From assembly GCA_965603825.1 (NCBI GenBank), contig CBFDEM010000036.1, positions 620,001-684,000 of the forward strand: DNA of 64,000 nt, in the 5' to 3' direction. Positions 1 to 11,814 of this stretch are shown here, one piece after another. The stretch's first letter is position 1; each line of letters opens with the position of its first letter. A program made the translations under genes and the position numbers. A model generated the notes under the pieces. The model did not search any database. It was not told the origin of the DNA and saw only the letters and a program-made list of their open reading frames with translations. The stretch is from Blepharisma stoltei ATCC 30299. Taxonomy: Eukaryota; Protista; Ciliophora.

Positions 1-1028
1 CACTCTCCAAGCTGCTAGGGAACTTTTTCGCTTTGTTCGTTCTGTTCGTCATATCATTCATTTACTACAACGTAGTTCATACATTTCATGACAGATATAG
101 AGGTAATTTTTATTTAGAACCCAAAATCTTTTTATTTTTGTTCATTTTCCACTACTTATTATTTATGCTGCTTTGATGCTTCTTCAGAGCAATGCTAACT
201 GACCCAGGAGTTGTCCCACCGCTATGAGGGTTCTACATGGGTGACTCAGAGCAAAAAAGAAGACGCTACTGTTTAATGTGCCATGTTTTCAAGCCAGAAA
301 GATCTCATCACTGTTCAGCCTGCAACCGCTGTGTATTGAACATGGATCACCACTGCCGTAATGTTTAGTCAGCTTGGATCAATAACTGTGTGGGATTTTA
401 CAATCGCAAATTTTTCATTTTGCTGTTGGTCTATGTTTTGATTTCAACGACCCTAATCACTATTACTCTCTTTCCAACAGTATATGCAAGCGTAAAACAA
501 ATCATTGAAAAAAGAGATATTTATGCGTATAAAGAGGCGGCCTTGTTCTCAGCTTACCTATTGAATTGCTTGCTGAATGGGGTTATGTTCATGTTTCTCA
601 AGTTTCATATCAAACTGATTTTTACAAACATCACCACTATTGAGAACATGGATAAGCAAAATCTTCCGAATTTAATCGTATATAACAAAGGCTACAAGAG
701 AAACTGGATTCAAGTCTTTGGAAGAAATCCTTGACTTTGGCCATTCCCGATGACTGGGAGATCAGGGAAGCCAGTCGGCGACGGAGTTATATGGAATGAC
801 GAAGTAGTACAGAACTTTGATGAAGAGATCCCTGCAAATGAAAATGAAGCAAGAAGGAGCTCAAGGCTCACCGGATCTGGAGTGGCGGCTAGCCGTGAGA
901 GATTAGCTTCACCAGTTAGGCAGGGAAATAGTTTAGAAGGAACTCGCAAAGAATTTGAAAGCACTTTGGATTCTTCGTCAAGGGTCAAAGCTGACTCGCA
1001 TCATGTAGGATTACTCGTAAGTCCATAG
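1..1028 (+). CDS. DHHC palmitoyltransferase (5' partial)
   Basis: Motifs TDPG, Cxx[31 protein letters not shown] and TTIE. 15-nt introns at 103-117 and 358-372; the second restores DHHC-P-W. In-frame TGAs read as W. Stop TAG at 1026-1028. Confidence 0.95.
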
Positions 1029-1034
1029 AATTAA

Positions 1035-1862
1035 TTAAGGATTAAGGGTAGCTAGCTCTACATCTTTTGCTTCTTTTTCTTCAGATCTCGATCTTCCAGA
1101 GCTCACCGCGAAACTTAGCATAAACCCTCTGAAAAACTGGCAAAAGATCGGCGGTAAAAAGATCGAAATTGTGACTAAAATCCATTCACATATGGCTTCA
1201 GCGTTTTCGTTTATAAACGCATTGGAGCTGGTTGAGTATGCCCAATTCCATTCAATAAGAGTTATTAGCGATAAAAATGCAAAGAGTCCTAAAAACAGAG
1301 TCAAAATGAAGAACCAGCGCCTCTCTTGGACATTGAAAGTGCTGCGTGATTTCAATATCAAAGAGTAAACCAGAGATCCCCAAGCGAGATTGACAAGCAC
1401 AAAGCAGACTGATAAAAAGCTATAAACCGGCTCAAAGGGAATTATGTGTACACTGTTAACTTCATCTGTGAGGCTGATAAAAGGTAATGTAATGCACGAA
1501 ATCACTCCTAAATACAGAAGAGCAAGTCTTTTTCAATCTGGTAAGGATGATCCAAAATGGTAATAAGCTCCTGTATACATTAGAACAAGGACAAGTGCAA
1601 AAAATGTGCAAGAAACAATGAAGATCCTGTCATGTCCTCTAAAGCAGCCAATATAAGTCAGTGTAGGTAAAAAAGTGGAGCAAGAAAAATTAGTCAAGCA
1701 AGCTAGAAGCAAATTTGCATAAACCAAAATCGTCATGAGACCGGAAAACCAAAACATAATTTTGGGGATATTCATTGAGTATATTGATCTTCCTTCTTTT
1801 TGTCTGTAGATGAATACTGGAAGTGAAAATGATTGTCGAAATTCTTTATCGTTGCCTTCCAT
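1035..1862 (-). CDS. Multi-pass membrane protein, probably Frag1/DRAM/Sfk1 family
   Basis: ORFs 1533-1862 and 1035-1505 are in one frame joined by TGA (PD-W-KRLALL). About 6 TM segments; LPTLTYIGC after TM1 and CEW in the last TM resemble the family. Confidence 0.65.
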
Positions 1863-2323
1863 AATTTTATAAGTTTAAAAGAATTTCTGAGAGATAGATA
1901 TATAAATAAAGAGAATTTAAAAATAAAAGAAATTAATCCAGTCTTTTTCTACCTTCTGGCAAAAAGGGTTTCTAGATTAATAAAAATCTTTTCCAATTTC
2001 TGAGTTATGCATTGCCATGACAAAATTAAAAACATATATATTTTTTATTGTTGAAAATTGGATCATCAGTCATTCAGCAAGATTTTCAGGCTATATGATA
2101 GAAATATAATTATAAACTATTTTTCAAGTTTAATTAATTGTTTAAAGTTTAAAATATTTAAAAAAAATTAAAGTGAGCGTTTCTGATTATTTGTATTTTT
2201 ATTAATTCAATTTAAAGTTGTTTCATGATCATTTTTCTTGGATAAGAAAGTTTATTTCCTATTATACTTTTGTCTCAAGTCAAATTAAAAGCTCCATTAT
2301 TTTACAATTAGAACTTGTATTAA

Positions 2324-4519
2324 ATGGGTTGTGGAATCTCAAAAAAAGCTTTGAAAGACGTAAGCCCTGCAAAGCCTCATCAAGAAGAAGTCAAATTATC
2401 ACATAATACAGGCTCCTCTAACACTCCCGCAAACAAAAAGACTGAACCTTCTGCAGCTGGACCTCAAAACAAGACAACCCCATCTGTAACTTCCTCAAAA
2501 TCAAACCCTATCAGTCCTCAAGTAAAAGCTCAAGAACCTCAGCAAAAATCTGCGAAAGAAGAAAAACCGCTGGAACCAGCTAAAAAGGCTGATCCTTCCC
2601 CTTCCCCTCAAAAAGCCCGTGAAAATCCCAAAGTACCACTCCCAGAAAATAGCCCAGAACCACAAAAAAAAACTCAAGAAATTCCAAAACCTGAATCCAA
2701 AGAACCCCATAATGAACCTGAAAAGCAAATCAAAGAGCCTGAGTTAGCTGCACAACCAGTTTCAAAGCACTCAAAAAATAAAGAAGAAAATAAGCTTCCT
2801 GCAGAAGGCCAAGCTGGAGGCCACGCAGGAACACTTATTTTTGAAGGTAATAAGCTACTAAAGAAGGCTAAAAAAGGAGAATTTGACTTCTTTGAATGAC
2901 TTTACAGCGCGTCTCAAAACGATCCTTTAATGATTGAGATGAGAAAGTATGCGCCTCAGTATTATGGAGCAGAGGAAAGGAACGGAGAAAGATATATCTC
3001 AATGGAAAACCTATTAACAGACTATCTAAATCCAAGTATCATGGATTGCAAGCTGGGAAGAATTACATGGACTCCTCACCATACAGAAGAGACCAAAAAG
3101 AACCAAGAAGCTAAAAATAAAGGGACAACGACAGGATCTTTGGGGTTCAGGATTTCTGGAGTTGTAGTAAAAGATGAAGAAGGCAAGAAAGTTGAATCCT
3201 GGGCCAAAAATGAAGGGTTTTTTGGAATCAATGAAAATAACATCCATGAACAATTCGCTAAAATAGTGACTAGCAAGGGAGAAGTTAATAAGGACGCAAT
3301 TGAAGCATTTATTGAGGGGACCAAAAGAATTTTGGATTGGTTTCAAAGACAAAAAGTAAAGCACTTTGTGGCAAGCTCAGTGTTTTATGTATGCGGTAAA
3401 AACAAAAAATACCAGGTAAGATATATTGATTTTGCTCATGCTATGGATGCGAATGGAGTAGAAGATGCCAATGTAATCGAAGGCTTACAAAATGTGATCA
3501 AAATATGGGAAAGATTAAGAGGACCGGCTGCTCAAGAGGCAACCGATATAGTTGCTGGGCACAAAGATAGGTTTATTTTTAGAGGTGATAAATTATTAAA
3601 AGCAACAAGCAAAAATGAAATTGACTTTTACAAAGAAGTCTATAACGAGAATTGCCATGATCAACAATTGATTGAGCTGAGAAAATTCCTTCCGAAGTTC
3701 TATGGAGTGGAAGCTATTTCAAACAAAAATTATATTGTCATCGAAAATTTGTTATTCCAGTGCCACAATCCAAGCATTTTAGATTGCAAAATCGGGAAAA
3801 TCACATGGGCACCGACACATAGTATTGAAAAGCAGCGAAGGAAGCAAAATAAAGCTGTAACTTCTACCTCTGGCACGCTTAGCTGGAAGATTTCAGGGAT
3901 TTTGGTTAGGAATGGAGAAGCGATTGCAGAAGCCTGAAATAAAGACCAAGGATATTCTCACGTAAATCAAGATAATGCATTTGAGCAGCTTGCCAAATTA
4001 GCTAGAAAAGAGGATTCTTACTGCAAGGAAATCTTAAATTCTCTTCTTTCTGAAACTCAGAGCCTCAGAGATTGATTCAAAGCTCAACACTCAAAACTAT
4101 TCTTCACAAGCTCAGTGCTTTATGTTGTGAGTCCTCACAAAATCCAAGTGAAATTAATTGATTTTGAGTACATTTTCAATTCTTCAGGAAAGCCAGATAA
4201 CAGTAATTTTTATTTAGATTGCATCAAAGGATTAACAAATCTCGCAGAAAGCTGAAATAGAGCCATCCTTTTTCATCAGCCAAGACTAAGGCCATGCCGA
4301 AGCCCTTATGAAGTAAATCTCGAGCAATCAAGGCCATATTATTACTGTGACTGTGGAAGATCTAAAAAGCAGCCATTCTGCGATGGTTCACACCAAGGCA
4401 CTCAATTTCTGCCTGTCGGTTTTATGGCAGCAGAAACGAAAACCTACTATTTGTGTGGGTGCAAGCATACTAAGAATAAGCCATTCTGTGATGGAACTCA
4501 CAACACTATAGAGTGGTAA
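2324..4519 (+). CDS. N-acylated tandem inositol polyphosphate kinase (2x IPK) with C-terminal double CDGSH Fe-S domain
   Basis: Single frame through TGAs at 2897, 3935 and two more. MGCG N-terminus. IPK motifs occur twice (GGH/AGH; PSIMDCKLG/PSILDCKIG; SSV; IDF). 15-nt intron at 4203-4217. CDCGRSKKQPFCDGSH and CGCKHTKNKPFCDGTH precede TAA at 4517-4519. Confidence 0.85.
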
Positions 4520-4595
4520 TTAAGACCGACTTTTATAATTTAATCAAAATTCTTTTACACTAATTCCCCAAGCAATTTAGAAATAATTATTTCTG

Positions 4596-6059
4596 TTATT
4601 CTTGCATCTTTTTTAGGTCAGATGCAATAAAGAAGGTAGCTCCAGTGATCTCCTTAAGCTTATCTAAAGTGATATCTGAAGCGATCTCTACCAGAGTCAT
4701 CCCAGTATCTCTTCTGAACTCAAACACTCCGCACTCAGTAACGAGCATCCTTACAACTTTTTTGCCTGTGAGTGGTAGAGAGCACTTTTTGAGAATCTTA
4801 GGAGCGCCTTTTGATGTATGCTCCATGCAAACGATGCATTTTGAGTGGCTGTCAACGAGGTCCATGGCACCTCCCATGCCCTTGACCATTTTGCCAGGGA
4901 CAATCCAGTTAGCAAGATCACCATCTTGCGAAACTTGAAGTCCACCAAGGATGGTTAGATCAAGATGGTCACCTCGAACTATGGCAAAGCTCATGCTACT
5001 GTGGAAAACAGAAGAGCCTGTTGCCATTGTAATGGTTTCTTTGCCAGCATTGATTACGTCAGGGTCCTGCTCGCCTGATTTAGGATATGGCCCAATCCCT
5101 AAAAGTCCGTTTTCTCCATGCAAGACGATTTTAATGTCTTTTGGCAAATAGTTTGGAACCATTGTCGGCATGCCAATACCTAGATTTACATACATCCCAT
5201 CCTTTATTTCTTTGGAAACTCTTTTAGCAATCCTTTCTCTCTTCCTAATCTGCTCTGGAGTTCCAGGAAGCTGTATTTTATCACCAGTATTAAGGGCAAG
5301 CCTTTCAATTGGTTTTTCGAAATATTCTCCTTTTACAAGCCTCTGAACAAAAATCCCAGGAGTGTGAATCTGGTCTGGGTCAAGAGAGCCAGCTGGGACT
5401 ATTTCTTCCACTTCTGCAATAGTTATTTTGGAAGCCCCTGCAATATCAGGGTTGAAATTTCTTGCTGTTTTTCTATAGATTAGGTTTCCTTCAGTATCTG
5501 CTTTCCATGCCTTGATGAGCCCAACATCTCCTTTGAGAGCTCTCTCAAGCAAGTATTTTTTACCTCCCCAAATCCTTACTTCTCTTGGGGCAGATACTTT
5601 TTCGACTGTTTTTCCGCCTGGGCCGAATTTCATTGGGAATCCGCCTTCTTCAACGAGACTGCCAGCTCCAGTGTGGGTATAAAATGCAGAAATTCCGCAA
5701 GCTCCTGCTCTTAGCCTTTCGGCTAAGGACCCTTGAGGAATTAAATCAAGCTCAATTTCACCATTTAAATACTGATTTTCCAATGTTTCATTTCCCCCTA
5801 AATATGAACAATGGATACTCGATGCCATTTTGTCCTTGATCAGAAGTCCAGGTCCAAATTCATTGGTCCCTGAAGTGTTAGTGATTAGTTTAAGGTTATT
5901 GATTTTCAAGTGATGGATCGCCCTCAGTAAATTTTCAGGAACTCCGCATAATCCGAACCCAGAAATCATTAAGGCCATCCCACTTTTGAGATCAGCCACG
6001 GCCTCAGCAGACGAGTTAAATATCTTAGTAGCAAAGAATCTCCTTGATGTTGTGAACAT
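4596..6059 (-). CDS. OXCT1: Succinyl-CoA:3-oxoacid CoA-transferase (SCOT), mitochondrial
   Basis: GFGLCGVPENL, QGSLAERLRAG, YVNLGIGMP, GENG and KGMGGAMDLV. Likely start MFTTSRRFF resembles a mitochondrial presequence. Confidence 0.93.
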   Translation of the reverse strand: MFTTSRRFFATKIFNSSAEAVADLKSGMALMISGFGLCGVPENLLRAIHHLKINNLKLITNTSGTNEFGPGLLIKDKMASSIHCSYLGGNETLENQYLNGEIELDLIPQGSLAERLRAGACGISAFYTHTGAGSLVEEGGFPMKFGPGGKTVEKVSAPREVRIWGGKKYLLERALKGDVGLIKAWKADTEGNLIYRKTARNFNPDIAGASKITIAEVEEIVPAGSLDPDQIHTPGIFVQRLVKGEYFEKPIERLALNTGDKIQLPGTPEQIRKRERIAKRVSKEIKDGMYVNLGIGMPTMVPNYLPKDIKIVLHGENGLLGIGPYPKSGEQDPDVINAGKETITMATGSSVFHSSMSFAIVRGDHLDLTILGGLQVSQDGDLANWIVPGKMVKGMGGAMDLVDSHSKCIVCMEHTSKGAPKILKKCSLPLTGKKVVRMLVTECGVFEFRRDTGMTLVEIASDITLDKLKEITGATFFIASDLKKMQE

Positions 6060-6362
6060 TAGCTTAATAAATTTATATCTAAACAATTGTGGATTGTAAA
6101 ATGTGGGTAATTTAAAGCCATTAAATAATTCCACATCATTTTTCAAAGATATAGCTAGCTAAATTATCAACTAAAATCTTGTAGTTTCACCAAAGGCAAT
6201 TTTAAAATTTTACTGACTGCTATTTAATAAATATGAAATAAAATTTGACTTTTAGCATGCTTAATTGTAATAAGAAGAAAAATAGTATTAAATTGAACGA
6301 CAGCAATAAAAACTTGCAGAGATAAGGGATTTATTTAAATTAGTTTATAATTCTGATATAGG

Positions 6363-6719
6363 ATGATGGCGTTTAAAGAGGAGCTACCTCAATTTGAAGC
6401 TCGAAGACTAGAGGCTAACCATTTACTAGAGACTCACCCAACCAAGTTGCCAGTAATAGTTGAGCCAATTCTATCAAAAAAGAACTCTTATGGAGCGATT
6501 CAAAACAGATTCCTTGTTCCTCAAAGTTATACTTTTCATGAGTTCATCTTCCACCTGAGACGAAGATTGGAGCTCGACAGAACTGACGCACTCTACGTTT
6601 TAATTTCAAAAAAGCACCTTCCTGTGTTGGACAGAAACATGATCAGCATCTACGAAGAGTTTCAGGACCCAGATGGGTTTTTATACGTTAACTACTCCTC
6701 TGAAGCCATTTTAGGTTAA
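6363..6719 (+). CDS. ATG8: Autophagy protein ATG8 family
   Basis: HPTKLPVIVE, FLVP, DPDGFLYVNYSSE and a C-terminal Gly. Confidence 0.93.
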   Translation: MMAFKEELPQFEARRLEANHLLETHPTKLPVIVEPILSKKNSYGAIQNRFLVPQSYTFHEFIFHLRRRLELDRTDALYVLISKKHLPVLDRNMISIYEEFQDPDGFLYVNYSSEAILG

Positions 6720-6786
6720 GTCTTAGAACTTAGCTTTAATATAAAGTGTTATTTTTCCAATTGCAGAAATTATATTAAATTTGTAG

Positions 6787-7530
6787 TTATCTGTGGAGAT
6801 TGTCCATCAAATCAGTCCTGACTCCAGTTTGGGCTGGTACATGCTGTTTCACTTCATTTAGTCTAAAAATGTTTTCGATGACTGATATTTCCGTTGACGT
6901 CGTATCTAGCCCACAAAACGCACTCCAGTCATTTGCGCACAGCCCTGCAGCCAGAACATCACTTCCTCTGTTAACTGTTCCTGCACAAAGTGGCACTTGA
7001 AGCAGCGAACTAAGCTCGTCAAGTTCTTCCACTGCAATCATGGGATGAATCAGTCCTCCAAGATTAGTTAAAACGCAATAGCTTCCTACCAGCACATTCC
7101 CTGCCACCATGGTCCTGAACACCTCAACTCCGAGTGTGTCAGCTACGATATCTTCCGTTTCTTTGTCCAAATCTGGGTGAATTATAGCGACATAGTCATT
7201 GCAAGCAATACAATTTCCCAAGGCTGACAGACGCTCATCAATTCTTTCCACCTTGACCTTATCTGGGAGCGAATTTCTGATTGTCTGCAGCTCCAAATCA
7301 GTTGTGATGCTTGGGACCAATAGCCCGTTTGAGTTTCCACAAGTGACCCTTCCTACAATGCGAGTTCCAGCAATTGAGGAGTGAATGACTGGGATGTGGC
7401 CTCCAAGCTCGCTTTCGAAGACACTGTAAAAGTTCTCGTTACCTCCAATTGGGACAATGCAGTAGGCGTTCGTGAGCTTGCAAAAAACCCCGATTTCGTT
7501 GGAATTTTCGAACTGAGTTCTGGTTGCCAT
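6787..7530 (-). CDS. EIF6: Eukaryotic translation initiation factor 6
   Basis: [24 protein letters not shown] and AGTVNRGS. Confidence 0.97.
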   Translation of the reverse strand: MATRTQFENSNEIGVFCKLTNAYCIVPIGGNENFYSVFESELGGHIPVIHSSIAGTRIVGRVTCGNSNGLLVPSITTDLELQTIRNSLPDKVKVERIDERLSALGNCIACNDYVAIIHPDLDKETEDIVADTLGVEVFRTMVAGNVLVGSYCVLTNLGGLIHPMIAVEELDELSSLLQVPLCAGTVNRGSDVLAAGLCANDWSAFCGLDTTSTEISVIENIFRLNEVKQHVPAQTGVRTDLMDNLHR

Positions 7531-7572
7531 TGTGTTAAAATTATAAGCAGGTAGGCAATAGAAGAGTTAAAA

Positions 7573-7869
7573 TTACTTCTTGACGTGCTTAGTTCTTGCA
7601 GCTGGAGTCGTCCCTTCTCTGAATGAGTTCTTGGCTCTTCTTGGGATGGATTTAAGATATCTCATCCTTCCAGTTCCTTCACCTCTTCTCCTGTGAGTCT
7701 TGAGGGCCCAGTTGTAGTGTCTCATCTTAGCGCTTGGATAGCCACAGGATGCACATTCTAAGGTTTGCTTGTGAAGTGATCGTTTTCCACAGCGTCTGCA
7801 AACTGTGTGGGTGTGGCTGTTTCTCTTTCCTGCGCTCGGAGTTCCTTTTGTCTAAATAGCGATTACCAT
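7573..7869 (-). CDS. RPL37: 60S ribosomal protein L37 (eL37)
   Basis: Absent from the ORF track. ATG, then a 15-nt intron (7852-7866), then [22 protein letters not shown]...CASCGYP...[12 protein letters not shown] at 7573-7575. Confidence 0.95.
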
Positions 7870-8610
7870 TCTCTAAAAAGAAATTAATGCCATTAATCAC
7901 ACAAAACTAATTTTTAGGCAATGGCATTTTATATCCTAGCCGTCTCTATGCCTCTCCTAGCTAGGATTCACTAGACTTTGATTTGAATTTTTAGTAGCTA
8001 ATGCAAAAAATTTTACCATAAAGTGAAATCCGAAAGAACGAACGCTTGGGCAATAATTAGAGGACTCTTTTGTTTTTTCTTCATCATGAAATGCACCAGA
8101 CCAATAGCTCTATAAAGTATGATTGATTATGCTTACAGTCAAGTTTTAACAGACAAATGATTTTAACAAATCATCTTAAGAAATCAAATTCGGGGATCTG
8201 ATGAAAGAAGTTGTGATGAGTATAGCTCAAGATCATTTATGCTTATGGGTCTATCTTGGCATCCATCTCTAATTCGGGAATATTATTATATTTGTGATCC
8301 TTTTATGGAGCTACAGGTTTTAAAAATTTTTGCTTGAATAATTTGTTTAGTAAGACAGTGATACTTTGAAAATTTGCCCTCCAAATACTTGAAAAAGATT
8401 ATTTAGAAAATTGATTGCTAAATATTTAATGGTATACGTTTTACTTTTGCGCACTCATTTAAATTATAAAGTTTGATTAGGATCCTGTGAGTTCGATAAG
8501 TTCTAGCAGATGGAGGCTGAAAAATAATATCTCTTATTATAAATTTAATTGAGAATACTTGCTTAATATGCTTAATTATAAGTAATTCTTAATTTTATAC
8601 TAGTAAATTA

Positions 8611-11382
8611 TTATTTCGCTATTTCTCTATATTCTTTGAAACTCAATGGTTTTTGAGTTCCTTGGGTAAGTTTAACATGCAATTTGTATCATTTCTCAAA
8701 TAAATCGTTTTTAAAATAGTTCAAGTTTTCTAAAAGTCTAGAAGCTATATCTTTTTTAGCCCACCCATCCCTCCAGGCATATGCATCAAAATTCTCAAGA
8801 AATTCCAAAATATTAAGAAAATCTTGTGGAAAATCTGTCCATTCAAAGGTTGAATTCGCGGAGCCAGAGTTGATTGCCTGCAAAAGCTCTTTCACTTTTT
8901 TAGCATTTTCGCCAGCTAATCTGAATTTATCTTTGTTATCATTGATTGAGTCAATAATGTTTCTAACTTGCTTGTAGTGAGTATCAGTTTTATCTAATGA
9001 GAAGCAAGTTATTGTCACAACATGGCCCATTGTTTCAATTGCACGGCTGTGCTCTGCTAACTCTAAATCGCTGATTATTTGAGAGAGTAATCGCAAGATC
9101 ATTACTTTTTGAGCATCCTTGAGTATTTCCTGGTAAAAAGTCCTTTCGTTTGAAGGAAACTGCGCTTCATACACAAATGATTTCATTGCATTAATATATT
9201 CGCCTTCAATCAAACTTTGTAGCGCAAAGCCAGCAACATAGGCCTGCTTTATAATATTTTTATATTGATTTTTATATTTTTCAAGGTTTTTCAAATAGCT
9301 AGAACTCAATTCAATAAAGCTGGGAGCATCCTTATTTGATTTAATGAAGAACTGGCTCAATTTTGCATATATAGGGTCGTTTCTATCATAATCCTTGAGC
9401 GATCCTTTTTCTGGATAGATTGCTTGGAGGCAAGAATCCAGGATATATCACTTGCATAGAGGAATTTCTCCTTTAATTCTCAAATACACAGAAAAATTAA
9501 TTAGCTCATGACGAATACTTCCAGAAGATTTGTCTTTCAAAGAGTCATAGCTCATATATTGGCTTTCACAAGCAGTGTATCTCGTATCATACCAATTTTT
9601 TATCTCTTTCAAAGCTAAGGTTGCTCTGGATTCGGCCAATTTCTCGTTTTCTAAGAGATTGTGAACTTTCACTTCTTCGATTAATTCAGCTGAGAGATAA
9701 GAAGAGTAATCATCGTCTGCTGGGGCATCAGAGAGGACTGTATAAGAGCAATATAAAGAATCCTTGGGCTGAGGCTTCAATGATGAGTCTATATAAACTA
9801 AAGAATAAGCAGAACTGCTACCATTGCCTCCATAACTGATTTCAAAGACCTCCTCTTCTGATATGTTTGTCACATTAATATCGTTGTATTTTCTCCATAA
9901 GTCCTTTTCTGAATCATAAATAAAGGTAAAATAATGTCCCCCTTCAGCACTTCCTTCGTGCACAAGTATTGAATGAAGGTAGTAAGGAGTTTTCATTAGT
10001 TCTGGCACGTTGAATTTCTCCTCCAGCTCTTTCTTCAGCCCTTCAAGCTCATACTTTTTGTGCTCCATTGACTCTTGGCATTGCTTTCCTAAGTACTCAA
10101 GCCAACTGGGGAGAACTTCTAGAACTTGGCTATCACTTTTATTTTTGGTCAGAATTCCTTCTTTTTGAGGTCCATCTTCTTGCAACTCCTCTTTTACAAA
10201 AGTGCTTGCAAGCTGCAATATATTTGGCAGACTCAAGCCAGAATTCTTGTATTTCGAAATTGAGTCAATAGTTTCTTCTAAACTTTTTATCTGTTTTCTG
10301 AGTCTCTTAAAAACGGTATGCTGCTTCTTGGCTGCCTTTTTATTCTTGCTTAAAAACCGATCTACAAATAAAACTTTAGGGAAATCAAATCGCTTATTGA
10401 TTTTCATAAGTTCTTTCTTTTCTTTGTCGTAAGCTGCTCTTTGGATTTGGAATAGCAAAATTGAAGGCAGTTTATCGACCCACACTCTTTGAGTTGCAGT
10501 GGTTTCGGTGCCGGATGGAGTTGTGAAGTTTTCTATCCTTGCACTCTTTGAGCATTCCCATGCTGTAAGTAAATCTCCGTAATCGACATCTAGATTAATT
10601 TGTCCAAAAATCACAGTATTCTTCTGAGTATTCCTCGTTCCGTCATCTTCGTTAAAAAGAATTGCCTCAGTCTGTTTTCCATAAAACATATCAGACAGAG
10701 ACCCATCCACACTTACCATTATGCCGGTGCTTGTTCTGAATGTCTCAATTCCCTCGACCTCATCCCTCCTTCTCATGGCCTCAGCAATTCTCGATACTAA
10801 GATCATATTGAATTCTCCTACATCCCTTTGCCCTCCAATTTCTACTTTATTGCCAAAGTCGTCTGTAATAGAGCTTAAGACAGGAGTTGGGTCAATATAC
10901 TTGCGATTGCTTCCTATCATTAGTGCAAATAGTTTCTGAAGCTGAGAAAGAAGCTTATAGCTGTTGCTTTTGGCTTCATTTTCTTCTTTCACTTCTTCAG
11001 GCACCCTAAATTTCATGATTTCTTTGACAAATGTTGGAATCATAAAATAAGTTTGAATGAGAGAATTGAAGTAGCAAGTGTTGCCGATGTTTTTCAATCC
11101 CACTGGGGTCCCTTCAACTCTTCTTCGCTCTTCTGGATTTAGAGGCTCAAATGCGTTCAAGTCGTATTGAGCCGGTCTCTGAAATTGCAAATTATTATCA
11201 TGGCTTGTAGAATTTGTAGTGTTTTGGTCATAATTATTATGGCTTTGACTGTCTTTTGAAAGAAGTCAGTTTAATGCAGAGTCAGAGCCACTTCCACATA
11301 TCCTGATTGCTTGCTCAACATCAGGATAAGCAAAGCCCATCATTATCAACTCCTCAGCTTTTGAACTATTATAGCTTTCCAT
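8611..11382 (-). CDS. Ubiquitin-specific protease with N-terminal UBA domain (USP25/28-like)
   Basis: UBA motif (LIMMGF...ALN-W(TGA)-LL), Cys box GLKNIGNTCYFNS and His box LVHEGSAEGGHY. One frame through TGAs at 9448 and 8689 to TAA at 8611. Confidence 0.9.
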
Positions 11383-11814
11383 ATTTATTATTATAGAATG
11401 ATTATTTAGCTTCTTCAAAATCGGAGATATGGCTTATTTTCGTTTCTTATACTCAAATTCGGCCAGATAATATAACGAATGAAATTATTAAAAAACAATA
11501 TTAGTTCTGTATATTATTGCGAGATAATTTAAGAACTAAAGCAATTATTAGAGCGTGTCCTTAATATTTTATTTTTAATAAGAAATTAATTTTTTACTCG
11601 TATTATATTTGAAGAGCATTAATGGTTGTATGCTTTATTAGCAATTTACAAGTAAAATTTTAAAAATTAAATTATTTTTGAAATTTATCCAAGCCATATT
11701 TACTTTTTGTGTTATATTCAGAAATGATCGGAGAATTTATAATTTTTTAACTGAATAGAAACTTTTGGCTTGAGGATCTTCAAATCCATTGTTTTTATTA
11801 TATTCATTAAAATA

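Noticed and set aside
6060-6146. Track N-terminal extensions from TTG/GTG or upstream AT-rich starts (SCOT, UNG at 11770, PNUTS-like at 56739)
   Set aside because: This is eukaryotic DNA, the extensions have intergenic-like composition, and downstream ATGs fit better.
8080-8410. Intergenic stretch with box C/D-like words (GTGATGA, CTGA) and an ~80-codon open frame
   Set aside because: The boxes are not in a convincing order, there is no terminal stem or recognisable rRNA guide, and the frame has no recognisable homology.
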